Shown here: positions 25,001 to 35,792 of the stretch, one piece after another | Layout of the letters: every line of letters begins with the position of its first letter | Numbering within the stretch: position 1 is the first letter of the stretch | NCBI GenBank assembly: GCA_002633005.1 | Contig: NMRA01000384.1 | Span: 225,504 to 289,503, forward strand | Reading direction: 5' to 3' | Length of the DNA: 64,000 nt | Origin: Phoronis australis | Taxonomy: Eukaryota; Animalia; Phoronida | Notes under the pieces: model-generated | What the model was told of the DNA's origin: nothing | The model's database searches: none | What the model saw: the letters and a program-made list of their open reading frames with translations, nothing else | Translations under genes and position numbers: made by a program

Positions 25001-28000
25001 TTTACCTGATCAACGGCTGTTGCATCAGCGCCTTTCTCTAGAAGAAGAAGGACCACATGCGGGGAACCTGTTTCCGATGCAAGGTGCAAAGGTGTTTGCT
25101 CTTTCTACAATACATGTAAAATAAAGGGAAAGTTAGTAAACCGTCATGCAAATTAGGATGTTGGCAAAAATTTTACACAAGTATCAGGAGATATGTAACA
25201 TTGACTGGATGCAGACAACTGCAGACGACCAGTTTGCTTCCATGTCCTTACCACAGTACTTCAGTTTCACCGACGCACGATTAAGGTTTCTGGTGGACCA
25301 TAAAAATGTCCAAATTTTGCTAAATTCGGAAAATAACGTCTCAGAAATGACTGATCAGATTGCCACAAAACTTTAATATACCGTGACGCTTTATGCATTT
25401 TTTTTCGAAATCGCCGATAGGTGTTGCTCTTTAAAACGCCCATCCTCCGGCTACGCGACGAGCCATCGAAATAAAACATTTATTTTGATGAAAAAATCTG
25501 GATGTATAAAGCGAAAAAGAAACGATAATTTTGGACACGATCATTTTTTTGAAATTTAGCTTTGAAATTTGATACCAAATGCAATTCGATTGTTTCGGAT
25601 GTACTTTTCATTTTGTTACGTGACCCAATTAGTGGCAGATGGATAAAAAGCCAATAATATTAATTCCATAGTTTCTACTTTCAGAAAATATTCACTTTTT
25701 ATAAGTTAAAGGAAAAAATTGGAGACATTTTTCTATACACCTACGCGTGTTTAAGACAGCGCCGATCAGGGAACGCTTAAATGCGGTCTTCGGATAGAAG
25801 TCAACAGCTCAACTGTACTTTGCTGAGAACAAGTGGATTTCACAGTGAAACGTCGACGCGTCCTTACAGTGGGAACGGCCAGTTTCGGTGCCTATCGAAG
25901 TTATCGGAAGGGTTCACTGCTGTGACAATGGTAAAGGTCATGTCAACCCACCTTGCGATAACTTCGATGGCGATAGCGTCACCTGGAGATAACTCTGAAG
26001 TCTATTAAATTCCAAAGCTAGTGCAAACGCACACATTAACTTCGTAGATTACGTCTACCTTCGGTAGTACTTCATACCGGGTTTAATTTAATGGGAAAAG
26101 ATCTTGTGTTCTTACAAGACGAGCGCACGGTACTCCTACTCCATTCCAGCACACACTTCTTGCATCCTACAAACATCACGTCATTGTCACCAACAGTTTA
26201 AGAACTGACATAACGTCACAGGTGTGTTTAACTCAATGTATTATTAATGAAGTACGACAATTGAATAACTGGAATAGGCTCAAACGCGACCTACATTATT
26301 TGCCACTTGAACATCAGCGCCTTTGTTTAGAAGATTCACCACCGCTTTTAACACACCACGTCGGGATGCGAAGTGCAGTGCCGTATTGCCATCCTGCAAA
26401 ACGTCAATTAACAAAGTTGACAGCACAAATATTAAAGTGACATTGCATTCCACCTGGTGGGGTCACAAGCAACGACGGTCTGCCATCTCATACCACGAAC
26501 AAATATCAGTTTATTTAATTAAGGAACAAACAATTTTCAAATTCAAATTAAACTCTTGAATGAGTTTCACTTTACGCATACCAGTCCACTAATAATTTAC
26601 AATAAGTAATTGCTTACAGATTAATAGTTTGTGCATATAAATCGGGACATTTGGGTCTATGCGAAAACATAAAGATGAAATGCCGCTGCAGCATCTACAG
26701 TGTAAAAACGCCTCGTCAGTGTTTATTATTTTTGCTCGAAGGGGAAATTACGGGTACTGCAACCCCCAGAAACTCCCTGACAGCTTTTTTGTATTGCGTG
26801 GAATATCTCAGAAAAATATGATAATAAGCCAATTTCGTAGTGTGTCAAACAGCAGGATATTTTGCGGGTGTAGCGAGACGGCAGGTCAAGTCTTCAAAAA
26901 GTGGGAAAACTCTCGACAAAAGCGGGAGAGATGGCAATTGCGTAATACAGATTGAAAGCGTGACGTCACCGTACTGATGGAGAACAGGGCACGATTCCTA
27001 ATCGTTTTACTCGACATGGAACGAGGAATTATGTTTAGCAATTTCTACTCTACTTTTGTGCAAACTCAAGATAATTGTCTATTATTCAATGCCCGAGTAT
27101 ATGATGACTTAGGTAGTTTATTAGTCCTAGTTTGCACCTGATGAACCCAACATTAAGGCTAAAAGTTCGAGTTTAAGCACGAAATTTGAGTTTTTACTCG
27201 AACTAGTAGCACGAATATAAGGCTCTTCATTTGCAAACTTGGACTAGAAACTCATTTGCATATATTATAATATATTCGAACACAGCCGGATAACCACTTA
27301 TCTTGAGTTCGCATAAAAGGAGCAGAGAAATTGTCAAAAATAATTTCAAGTTCGTTTCGAGTACAAATATTAGAGACCAGGCCCAGGAGATTCGGTCATC
27401 TTGGTTCTTTATGGGAAAATACATTGAGGCAACGTTATAATCGGAAAACCACCAACTGATCGCTGTTAAAAACGCAGTCAATATGCTAATTTGCGGGGTT
27501 TACATATCCTGTGAATTGAGCTTCAGATTTCATAAGGTTACTTTTTTAACTTTGCGGGTTTAAACATATGTGTTACTGCAAGTGATTAGACAGATGCCGA
27601 ATTGTTCGTCTCCAATTTGGAGCAATTGCTTATGGGTTGACCTATTCACTTTCTGTCACGTTTCTTAATAGGCAAATCTATACAGAGCACATGCAACTCA
27701 AAAATACTAGGTTCTTAAGGCGCGTTTTAAAAGCCTGCTTGCATCCAAAATTGACATCATGACGAAAGGTATATCTGTCAGCGTATTTACAAAAAGGCAT
27801 ATGCATAACGTACCCGATCAACAGCTGATGAGTCAGGATCGTGCTCTAGAAGAAGGCCCATCACCACCGGATGACCACTTTCGGATGCAACGTGAAGAGG
27901 TGTTTTCGCTTCCTACCAGGCATTAAGAGTGAAAACAGATACGTTATCAAAGGAAATGACGTTTGCGTATGTTTAAGGAGTACATGATGGGGTGTCATCC

Positions 28001-31000
28001 AATTCCGAAATCTACATCAAAAGAAACTTTTTTCCTTGCGCAGGGTCAATGCATGACGAGTTATCTGTTGAAAGAAAATGTATAATGCCTGCTAAAGGAA
28101 TTTTGTATAGTCTGTATTCGTTTATAACTATTTTGTTTTGTGGATAGTCGTCCTGTGTCATCTGTGCCTTAGTGGACTGTTGCAATGGGCCCTGAAGAAG
28201 AACAATAAAGTTACTGAAACGGCCACCCACTTTCAATTAAATGAATCTGAGAAATTCTGCACAGAAACAATGCTGCATAAACTTCACTGTCTCGTGAACT
28301 GATGACATCAATTTAATTTCATACAGCTCCAATTTATGAATAGATTCCTTAACTTTTACAAAGTTGGCGCTGTCACATTACTTTCGGGGACACGTGGAGT
28401 GCATTTTATCACAGGTCGTACGTGCCTCTCTTAGCTAAGACAGTGGTAACTTTGATTTCGACTTGCACACAATTCATAAACGTTACTCATGAAGGCAGTC
28501 GTTAAGTCTGAATATAGAAAGTTATATCGTATTTCTTGACTTATTGATAGAAGGAAATTGGCTCAGTTTGAACAGCTTATGTACCAGCGACAGTGCTGGA
28601 AATGATATTCCGTACTACACTTAGTGTAAATGCTCTTAACCAGCAAAGCTTTATTGTTACATTTAGAATATGCTCCAAGAACAGGCTAATAAGGCGCTAA
28701 AAGCAAGTTTGTGATTGTATATTTACTCTTATTGAGCAATTAATATTGAGAAGTACTTTGGTTGGAGAAAAAGGAGAACAAAAAGAAATGTTGAAGTTCA
28801 TGACTGCCGGGGGGGCAAAAATTGTGGCCAGAGGGGCAGAGTTTGATGACCTCGAAATCAGAATTGTCCAGTGGGTAAAGAGAATCCCGCGCAAACTGTG
28901 CCGTGGATCACACGACGAGTCGCGTGACAACTCAGTGGCCTGATGAAGTCCTCGAGAGGAGGACATAACGTAGCCATCTCCATATATTCGTAAGTCGAGT
29001 AATTGATTTATTATGTTTCTTCCTCAATCTAGCATACCTTATTTGGTATTTTAGCTCCAACATCTTGGGTAAGTAAATGCTTTACCAGCTTTGAATTACC
29101 ACGGCAGCATGCAATGTGCAGAGCGGTATTGCCATCCTACAAGGTGGAAATAAACAAATGTAGGCTACTCAGCAGATATTAAAACACAAACACTGCAACT
29201 TCCTGTCAAGAACACTGACTTTCATTTAGTAGACAAAGTAGGCTGGCAACCAAAAACAGTAGTCCTTGGCTTCAGGCAACATCGACCTTTCACGTCTTTT
29301 CGGCGGATCCCATATAGAAGGGGGGGGGGAGNNNNNNNNNNGGGGGGGGGGAGAAGGAGGGGAAGGGGGAAGGAGAGACTTAGGGAAGGAGGCTAGGGTA
29401 AAAGAGGGGAGAGAGAAATCATCAAAGACTGTAGCCGCTTCTTTGGTAACCACTGACCAATATGTATTTGTGCACTGCATTGGAGTCCAAGAAATATAGA
29501 TTATTACATGGCGAAGTCGTTATCCCCCGTTATCTAGAGCCCGAGTGGATTTTGGAGAATTATCGCCCGAGGGTGATAATTCTCCAAAATCCACGAGGGC
29601 TCTAGATAAGGGGGATAACGACTGAGAACATGTAATAGTCTATTTATATCACATACTAAACGAGAAACATTGCAATGAATCGATCTACCTTTCTCGACTC
29701 GCCTCGGCTTTGTAACTACTTTCTATGTCAGAGACCCGGGGTCGGAGGTCGTGACCTTTAAGAAAAGCCGAGCTATTTTTGTCAAATTATACTTATACTC
29801 AAAACCAATTGGAAATTTAAACAAAATAGAAATGAAGTGAATCTCTAAATTAAGGTTAAGCAACTATTATAGCTTAAAACACGTTTTTTACACGCTAAGC
29901 TTCGACCGGGAAATTATCGTCTGCTAAAGTAGGTTACCACTGGTAACTGAATATAATTCTCAAGTCAAAGATCCTGATGACACGATACCTGCATTCAAAC
30001 TGGAGATCGGTGATTTAAAAGTAAGAGGACATGAGAGAAAAAAATCACTGAATTAAGATATCATTTTTATGGAAATTATGTGTCTTATTTTTCGGAGCGT
30101 ATAAGTACAGTACAATGCGGTTTGTTGAACGTGCGATTATTGCGCGTGCTCATTTAAGTATTCTATTTTTACACTTGATGACGTCAGTTGCTGAGTGGTG
30201 TAGTGGTTAAAGTCGGCGACCGGCAATAATACGGTCCCGGGTTCGAACCCGTCCTCGGTTTCCCGCCAAATCGTTATCTCACTAGTGAGATAACTTTATG
30301 GGTTATTTATCTTAACGGATTCAGATGCAACCAAAACGCCAGTAAATTTAAAAGTTTCTTATCAAGTTGTGATGAAAATGTCACAAATTCGTCTGGTCTA
30401 AGAGAGAAAACTGTAGGTTCTTCCAATCATTGTTAAGTTACTATTTCTTGTTTTGGTCCTCTGATGGTTACGTAACCGACTACGTTCACTTTTTACGGAT
30501 TACTTGCAACTTTAATAATGTATTTTCGGGTACAACGGGTCAATGGCCTCGAGGTATATACACTAAGGAAACTGATTTACGTTTGAATGCTCGTGGGCTC
30601 TTGCATGTGCGCGCGTGGTCAAAAACATCCGAGACATATTATATTTTACACTTGGAAAGTTGTAGTCTATGGTGAAGACTTAGTTGAATGTACCAATACA
30701 CTTTTTGTTAGACTTTGTTAGACAGCTTAATAAATACTATCTGGTCTCTGTACAATCTCTTCAGGCGTGCAGTTATGAAGCAAATCACCAGGATATATAA
30801 CGGACAAACAAGTCAAAATTGTTACTCTAGTAGAATTATCAGGAAGAATTACACCCTGAGCATACGTGAACCATTCTCCTGTTAAACCAAAATACGCTGT
30901 AACCCTTAAAATGTCATTGTGTACAAACTAGATCAAAATGACTGGTGCTTAACGATATGTTAAAACTGTTTGCAGTGACAAGTTTGAAGATCAAGTGAGT

Positions 31001-34000
31001 ACATGCTAATATATCTTCCGAACTCGGTTTTAACTATATATTAATAAAGCACAAATATGGTTTCAGGTGATCAGTGCACTGGCCCCACATGCGTGGCCTG
31101 CACACGTTTGGTAAACGTGCAAAGGGCAGTACCGTCGTACAGTATGCCAATGTTAACAAAATAAATGTCACTTAAAAGTGCTAATACCGCTACTCCCGCG
31201 TTTTTAGGCAGATCCCCAACAACAACGAAATGTCGGATCTTTTCAAGGTGCAGTCTCATCTAAATAATGGTGAAGCTGACACCAATATTGTAGTGTTAAA
31301 TTTTAAATCAAATTTTATAAGTCTGTGGAACATTGTGATTTTGAGTCTGGCTAGCCCAATGTAAATTGCAATTGAAAGCTGTTGAATGTGCTGCAGAACG
31401 ACCATGGACATTGCGTTGGCCGATTCAGGATGGTCAAGGTCATTTTCCCCTTGATTTTAGTGATATCTAATCTAAAATTTTGAAATTGTTGACTTTGACG
31501 AACTTTTAAAAAAACCCTTGACCAGTCACCCCCTTTTAAACATCCTTGATCCACCCTTGAGCTACACATTAAGTATCCACGTGCATGTACCAGTCCATTG
31601 ACTAACAATGTTAACAAAAGATTTACTACAACGCATCGCAAATCCCCGCCTTCATACTACCCTACAACACAGTGTTATTGTGACAATAAAATCGTTTGCT
31701 GCGGAAAAGTTACAGAAAAAGAATACTTTTTGCATACTTTCGAAAAGCAGACACGTTTACCGTTAATTCTCACCTGATCAATTGACTTTACTTGTGCCCC
31801 TTTCTCTAGAAGAAGACTAACCACATCCAAGTGGCCGTTAGCAGATGCAAGGTGAAGAGGTGTTCTCGCTTCCTACAATAAGACAAAAAACGGAAAAAGG
31901 TAAATGACAGGGAAAACGACGTCGAAAAACATTTAACAGTCGCTAGTGCCTGTAATAAGAGGCATTTCGTCTTAACCGCGAGCGATGCAACGACCACCGC
32001 TTCACTTGGAGTATACTACATAAATAATAAAAAAGCATAGAAGTATCCTTTGATACCGTACCAAATACGCACACGTAATTAATCACACAAGTGGGGATTT
32101 TTAAAACTAATATAAAATACTCAAAGTGGAATGGGGATAGAACGAGAATGCAAGATCAAAATATTGAAATAGTGCAGTAGAAGTATGTATAAAAGCAGTA
32201 GAATCTTACTACACACTAGAATATTAAATATTACGACAATTACACAATTTGGAGAAACATGAGAGTGATGAAATTTTGGCCTAATCTGTTTGAAAATGTC
32301 GCCCAGACATGTCGACGAATCTTGTATTTCGGCAAGGTTGCGTTTTCATAAATCATCGTGTACGCAAATACAGCCGTCGTGTCTTGGCTGTAACGTAAAA
32401 TGGTTGACACGGGATAATAAGAACATGCTGTTCATATTCTAACTTGATATCGCGACAAAGACAGTCTTGTTTCTGATCACAGCAGTAACTTTTGCTTTTT
32501 GTAATATTAATGATTTGAACCATGCTGGAACCTGTGTGTTGTAGAAATATCGTTAAATCACACTGGAGAACGCTGAGTCCCTTACACTACACTACAATCT
32601 ACATGTAGGAATTGTGCTCAGTGTGAATGTATTGTTCGCCTTTGGCTTTGAAAGTGTAAAATTAACTGTCTTCATAAATAACAACATTCGTTGCTGTAGA
32701 AGGAATATTGGGACCCCGAACCACGGGCACTTGTTTAAATCCCGCCCACTATGGTCTACGTCGTCTCTCAGTTGATGGTGTGACCATCATTTACATCCTG
32801 TATGGTGAAATCCGAAAACGGCCTTGGACAACGTGCTTAGAGTTTCAGAGTTAAAATACACTAATTCCTTCTTTCCATAAATTAGCGTTATGTTTGAAAA
32901 TTAAATTCAATAGCAAACGGACATGTTTATGCTTGAGGTGTATCCGGATTGAAAGGTCGGAGTTCAGAATGTAGATTACATTGTCAATCGACCATCTTAG
33001 GTGGTAACTCGCGCAGCTAGCCACAGATATACCAGACGTACTGTACGGTGGACTAGGTGAAACTCGAATAAGAATTTGGTAACTGAGTGAAACGTCACAG
33101 ATACTTGAATACGCCACAGATGCTGAGACGGCTGCTTAGCGTAGTTTGGAACACAAATCGAAACCAAAACACTGAGTGTTCGACTGTTTGAATATGATTG
33201 TGAGTAATGGGTTTCAATACAGTATACAGTATACAGGGACATTGTTTATTACATCGAAAGTTATTAATGTTCGGAAAACTCATACAATGAAAAGCATCTT
33301 TGATGGATCCTCTTCAGCTCTGGTTAAGATTTGTAACAATATTTTAGAAACCACAATAATGTCGGTTTTCTTTAACTGCGACCGATATTTATATCTCATT
33401 ACCCAATCTCTCGCTTCCACGTCGGCTCCACGGTCCAATAAGGACCTCGTGATCACTGCGTCGCCATTTTTAGATGCCTCGAGCAGAGCGTCTCCAATGG
33501 AAACCTGTTGAAAAAATGAACAATGACAAACTTCACCGCAATTAAATTATTCCAGTTTCCTCTACATAGACGTTTTTAACCAAAATTGAAGTAAAATGTT
33601 CACCATCCTTCGTTTATGAATGATAGGGGTTTATCAAACATGTCACGGAGCATAGTTATAGAGGACGAAACTTGTTAAACCAGTTCATTAAAGAATTTAT
33701 GAGGATAATCATCGTTAGACGATGCTGTTTCAAGTGATCAAAAAGTTACTGATTTTTAAATATTGAAACCTTAGTACATGCGCGCACCCAAGAGGTATCG
33801 GGGGCTCCAACGAGCCCCCCATTTGTCGAAGAGGGCAAAAAGGCCCGCCTCAAAGAAACAAAACCTCGGAAAAATTGAAAAACGAGACGAAAGTCCACTA
33901 AAAAGTCAGGAACTACCAAAATTTGGCGAATGCACAATTCATAGCTCTGAACGTACCCGTGAATATAAGCAAAAAGATCCACATTCTCAAAAATTAGAGC

Positions 34001-34107
34001 CCCCCCCCTTTTAGGCTGGGTTCGCGCATGTGGTAACATCATATTTGGAACACTTTTCACATTTCACAATACTTCTTGCAAAATACCAAGCCTACATGTA
34101 CCTCCAT
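12741..34107 (-). CDS. Gene B (17-exon model, about 1,010 aa): 9 ankyrin repeats - linker - ZU5/UPA-like domain - FAM111-like trypsin-fold serine protease
   Basis: Exons joined in frame with GT-AG and matching phases: 34102-34107, 33403-33504, 31774-31872, 29038-29136, 27814-27912, 26295-26393, 25006-25104, 23736-23834, 22918-23016, 21816-21914, 20194-20455, 18569-19332, 17521-17694, 17027-17117, 15978-16172, 14332-14648, 12741-13079. Triad motifs TNYHV, LDYAIL and GSSGSP are present. Confidence 0.85.
14332..14648 (-). CDS. Gene B protease exon with catalytic Asp
   Basis: Phase 1-0; FNFD...ELDYAILEC...IFAGHPKGEAKVVDYGC, a FAM111/Trypsin_2-like GHP motif. Confidence 0.9.
15978..16172 (-). CDS. 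Gene B protease exon with catalytic His
   Basis: Phase 1-1; ASASVARINWSNGSCGTGFRVGRRYLMTNYHVV. Confidence 0.9.
17027..17117 (-). CDS. Gene B linker exon
   Basis: GTTTGTTTGTAG| acceptor and |GTACGG donor. IDGNKESRQCYSELSNRGSFGGRRSSLEEA; phase 0-1 restores the frame into the protease. Confidence 0.6.
17521..17694 (-). CDS. Gene B exon after the ZU5/UPA-like domain
   Basis: Open 174-nt phase 0-0 exon AYVLITYYELKKVSEAVCEIRS...IISQMQ. The acceptor is weak and the frame is kept with or without it. Confidence 0.5.
18569..19332 (-). CDS. Gene B large exon: ZU5/UPA (FIIND-like) region
   Basis: 764 nt, phase 1-0. Shows a ZU5-like pattern F-x-x-PV-x-M ... V-T-D-I-T ... L-V-Y-Y-C-S-K-F-S. Colinear homology with 51754-52553. 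Confidence 0.8.
19794..19910. mobile_element. Truncated copy of the CAGTGGCGGAT-type MITE
   Basis: CAGGGGCGGATCGTGGATTTTGAGTTAGGGG...TAGCCAGAATTTT...ATGGCCCCCTTGGC matches 6790-6951. Confidence 0.6.
20194..20455 (-). CDS. Gene B low-complexity linker exon between ankyrin repeats and ZU5
   Basis: Phase 0-1; RPLDLQKQVKQTVSESSGF...DAYDG...DAMHS; TTTCTAG| acceptor and |GTAAAT donor. Confidence 0.8.
20555..21151 (+). mobile_element. Solo-LTR-like repeat, copy 1
   Basis: TGTCA...TGACA ends and an internal TATAAATA. It shares blocks (TAGCAGAC...ATTGACG...GTAATTTGTTTACAAT; GTCAATAGAG...CCAGCTATAGAGACAGCAGGT) with 43188-43755. No clear TSD. Confidence 0.5.
21816..21914 (-). CDS. Gene B ankyrin exon 9
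   Basis: 99 nt, phase 0-0: EAKTPLQLASENGNPEVISLLLEKSTDATAFRE. Confidence 0.9.
22918..23016 (-). CDS. Gene B ankyrin exon 8
   Basis: 99 nt: DGNTALHMSSSRGSLQVVKRLLSAGAVLNAVNK. Confidence 0.9.
23736..23834 (-). CDS. Gene B ankyrin exon 7
   Basis: 99 nt: DGNTALHMSSSRGSLQVVELLLSKGAVLEAKNK. Confidence 0.9.
25006..25104 (-). CDS. Gene B ankyrin exon 6
   Basis: 99 nt: KEQTPLHLASETGSPHVVLLLLEKGADATAVDQ. Confidence 0.9.
26295..26393 (-). CDS. Gene B ankyrin exon 5
   Basis: 99 nt: DGNTALHFASRRGVLKAVVNLLNKGADVQVANN. Confidence 0.9.
27814..27912 (-). CDS. Gene B ankyrin exon 4
   Basis: 99 nt: EAKTPLHVASESGHPVVMGLLLEHDPDSSAVDR. Confidence 0.88.
29038..29136 (-). CDS. Gene B ankyrin exon 3
   Basis: 99 nt: DGNTALHIACCRGNSKLVKHLLTQDVGAKIPNK. 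Confidence 0.9.
29497..29642. repeat. Near-perfect palindrome of about 145 bp (transposon-derived hairpin)
   Basis: TAGATTATTACATG...TATCTAGAGCCC...TGGATTTTGGAGAATTATC is mirrored by GATAATTCTCCAAAATCCA...GGGCTCTAGATA...CATGTAATAGTCTA. Confidence 0.85.
30190..30259 (+). mobile_element. tRNA-derived head (SINE or tRNA pseudogene)
   Basis: A box TGGTGTAGTGG and B box GGTTCGAACCC with an imperfect acceptor stem. The anticodon arm is not canonical. Confidence 0.6.
31043..31118 (+). repeat. Dispersed repeat ending in a GC hairpin (second copy at 49877-49954)
   Basis: AATAAAGCACAAA...CAGGTGATCAGTGCA..GGCCC.ACATGCG.GGCCTGC.CACGT.TGGTA occurs in both places. Confidence 0.6.
31774..31872 (-). CDS. 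Gene B ankyrin exon 2
   Basis: 99 nt: EARTPLHLASANGHLDVVSLLLEKGAQVKSIDQ. Confidence 0.92.
33403..33504 (-). CDS. Gene B N-terminal capping ankyrin exon
   Basis: 102 nt, phase 0-0: VSIGDALLEASKNGDAVITRSLLDRGADVEARDW. Confidence 0.88.
34102..34107 (-). CDS. Probable first coding segment of gene B (Met-Glu)
   Basis: GCATC ATG GAG|GTACAT has a good Kozak context (A at -3, G at +4) and a phase-0 donor that matches the next exon. Confidence 0.55.
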
Positions 34108-34229
34108 GATGCGATGCGTCGCTTCAAGCTCCGTATCAACCGAACCCAGCAGATGTCTTTAAAGTTTCGAGCTGTAGTGAGTCATGCAAACCGGTTTTAT
34201 CCACCGCCACTGTCCACTCGTTGGCTGAC

Positions 34230-34285
34230 AATCGAGGGAAACTACCCACTCACAACGTTACACGCATGCGCGAGGATAATTGGAT
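34230..34285 (-). promoter_or_regulatory. Candidate proximal promoter of gene B
   Basis: CCAAT (34279-34283, minus), NRF1-like CGCGCATGCG (34263-34272) and a Rel/kB-like GGGTAGTTTCCC (34236-34247) lie 130-180 bp upstream of the putative ATG. Confidence 0.3.
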
Positions 34286-34800
34286 TAACAGTCGTGCTTT
34301 TTACAGGAAGTTACTCCACAGCTATCTGTGTGCCAAAATTTGTTTGCACTGATCGAAATATTGTGCCTGTCTTTTGTGGCGCATGTCTAGCTACACAAGC
34401 AAAGCGGATACGTAGTGAACACCAGTACAATAATGTTTGTACATTCAGGTACATTTGATAGTGCATTGATTATTAAAAACGTATTTTTGAGGAAGATGTC
34501 TCGAAAAGCTTGTGTAGAATTTTTTGATACGCAAAATTGATTTAATACACGACACATGTCGTTATTAACAGTCTTTATTCCGTTCCGTTCTACACTACAC
34601 GGAACATTGGCGAAGCAACTGGCCAAGAGACTTGACTAAAAGACACACGTTATTTTGCAACATACTTGTTTTATTCTCAAGTGTAAATAAAACGACGCAG
34701 TAATAACACCACAGACCACAAGCTGGAGACATGCACAGTGGGACACAGCAGGTGTGAAGTACTGCAAAGAATGACTATTGAAAGCGGGGTAACAGGAAAG

Positions 34801-35230
34801 TCACCCAAAGAAGTGTAGCGTTCGGCGCGACCCAGTTTGCTGCTCAGTCAAAACAGGCTTCTCAAATGCAATCAAAAGGGACTCCAATACTTTCAATCGC
34901 AGCATATCGTGCCCTACATACCAAATTGACGTGTTTTCCACAATTTCTTGACGGGGTATTTTTCGTTCGTGGCATTGCAGAAAATGATCGTGGATGACGC
35001 CATTTCGAAGATGCTTACATGTAGATAACCAACGGGAAAGACTGCAAATTGTTTGACCAATATAACACCGTTTGACATGTGAACGAAGACATTCGTTCAA
35101 AGGAGAAAAACTCATGAACAACACTACACTGGCAACGGCGCGGACTTTTGCTTTAGAATGTTATTTTTCATGAGCAAAAATTTTTTGTGAATGTCCACAG
35201 ATTGTTAGGTTTAATTAGCCAGGCAAATGT
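34801..35230 (-). mobile_element. Penelope-like retroelement relic (GIY-YIG endonuclease C-terminus)
   Basis: YIGQT..SLSR...H...G.IHDHF...H...I...EIVENTSI.....DMLRLKVLESLLIAFEKPVL is typical of the PLE GIY-YIG domain. The upstream LLMKNN block is frameshifted. Confidence 0.8.
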
Positions 35231-35792
35231 TATCTCTGCCACATGGGGCCAAGACATGTTTTTCCTGGAATTCACTTAGTTTCAGTTTCCGATATTCTGA
35301 CTGATGTGAAATTGTTTATCTGAATTATAATATTATCCTCGCTACAGATGTATTGAAACGATAAACTTTGAGGAAGTTTTCCTTAATTTAATTCCCCATC
35401 AGCTTAAATATCAGAAAGATCCTTGGCAAAAATCTAGAAACCATTACGTCACGAAACAAGCTGTTGTCACTGGCTGTTATAAGCAAACAATGCAGTATAA
35501 TCCATAACCAGAATCTGTCAATTGTTTGCTGGTAAACACCCCGTTCAAAATAAGTTTAATGTCGTGAAACACTCGACGAGTTATTTATAAGGTATACTTT
35601 TTATCTAAAACAGACCACAAAGGCACTGTTTGCGGTGTGATCCCGCTTTAAACCAGGGAAAATGACTCTTGTTTACCACTGGGCTTATCCTGTACACGAT
35701 AATGAACAGCGAACTTGAACACCGTTATCCGCTTCATGTGTTCAGATGTCCAATAGGCAGATATAGTCTCTTGCCATTGCTTCACGATCGAG

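Noticed and set aside
26116-26166. Extra 51-nt in-frame exon (GTTTGTAG|DARSVCWNGVGVPCARL|GTAAGA) in the ankyrin array
   Set aside because: The splice signals are plausible but the peptide is not ankyrin-like and would interrupt the stack. It needs RNA evidence.
28697-28966. ORF starting MSSSRG, resembling ankyrin exons 7 and 8
   Set aside because: It lacks the TALH motif and 99-nt splice frame. The sequence is better explained by the opposite-strand hammerhead-like hairpin.
30190-30259. Functional tRNA gene
   Set aside because: It has only A/B boxes and a weak acceptor stem with no proper anticodon arm, so it was treated as a tRNA-derived repeat.
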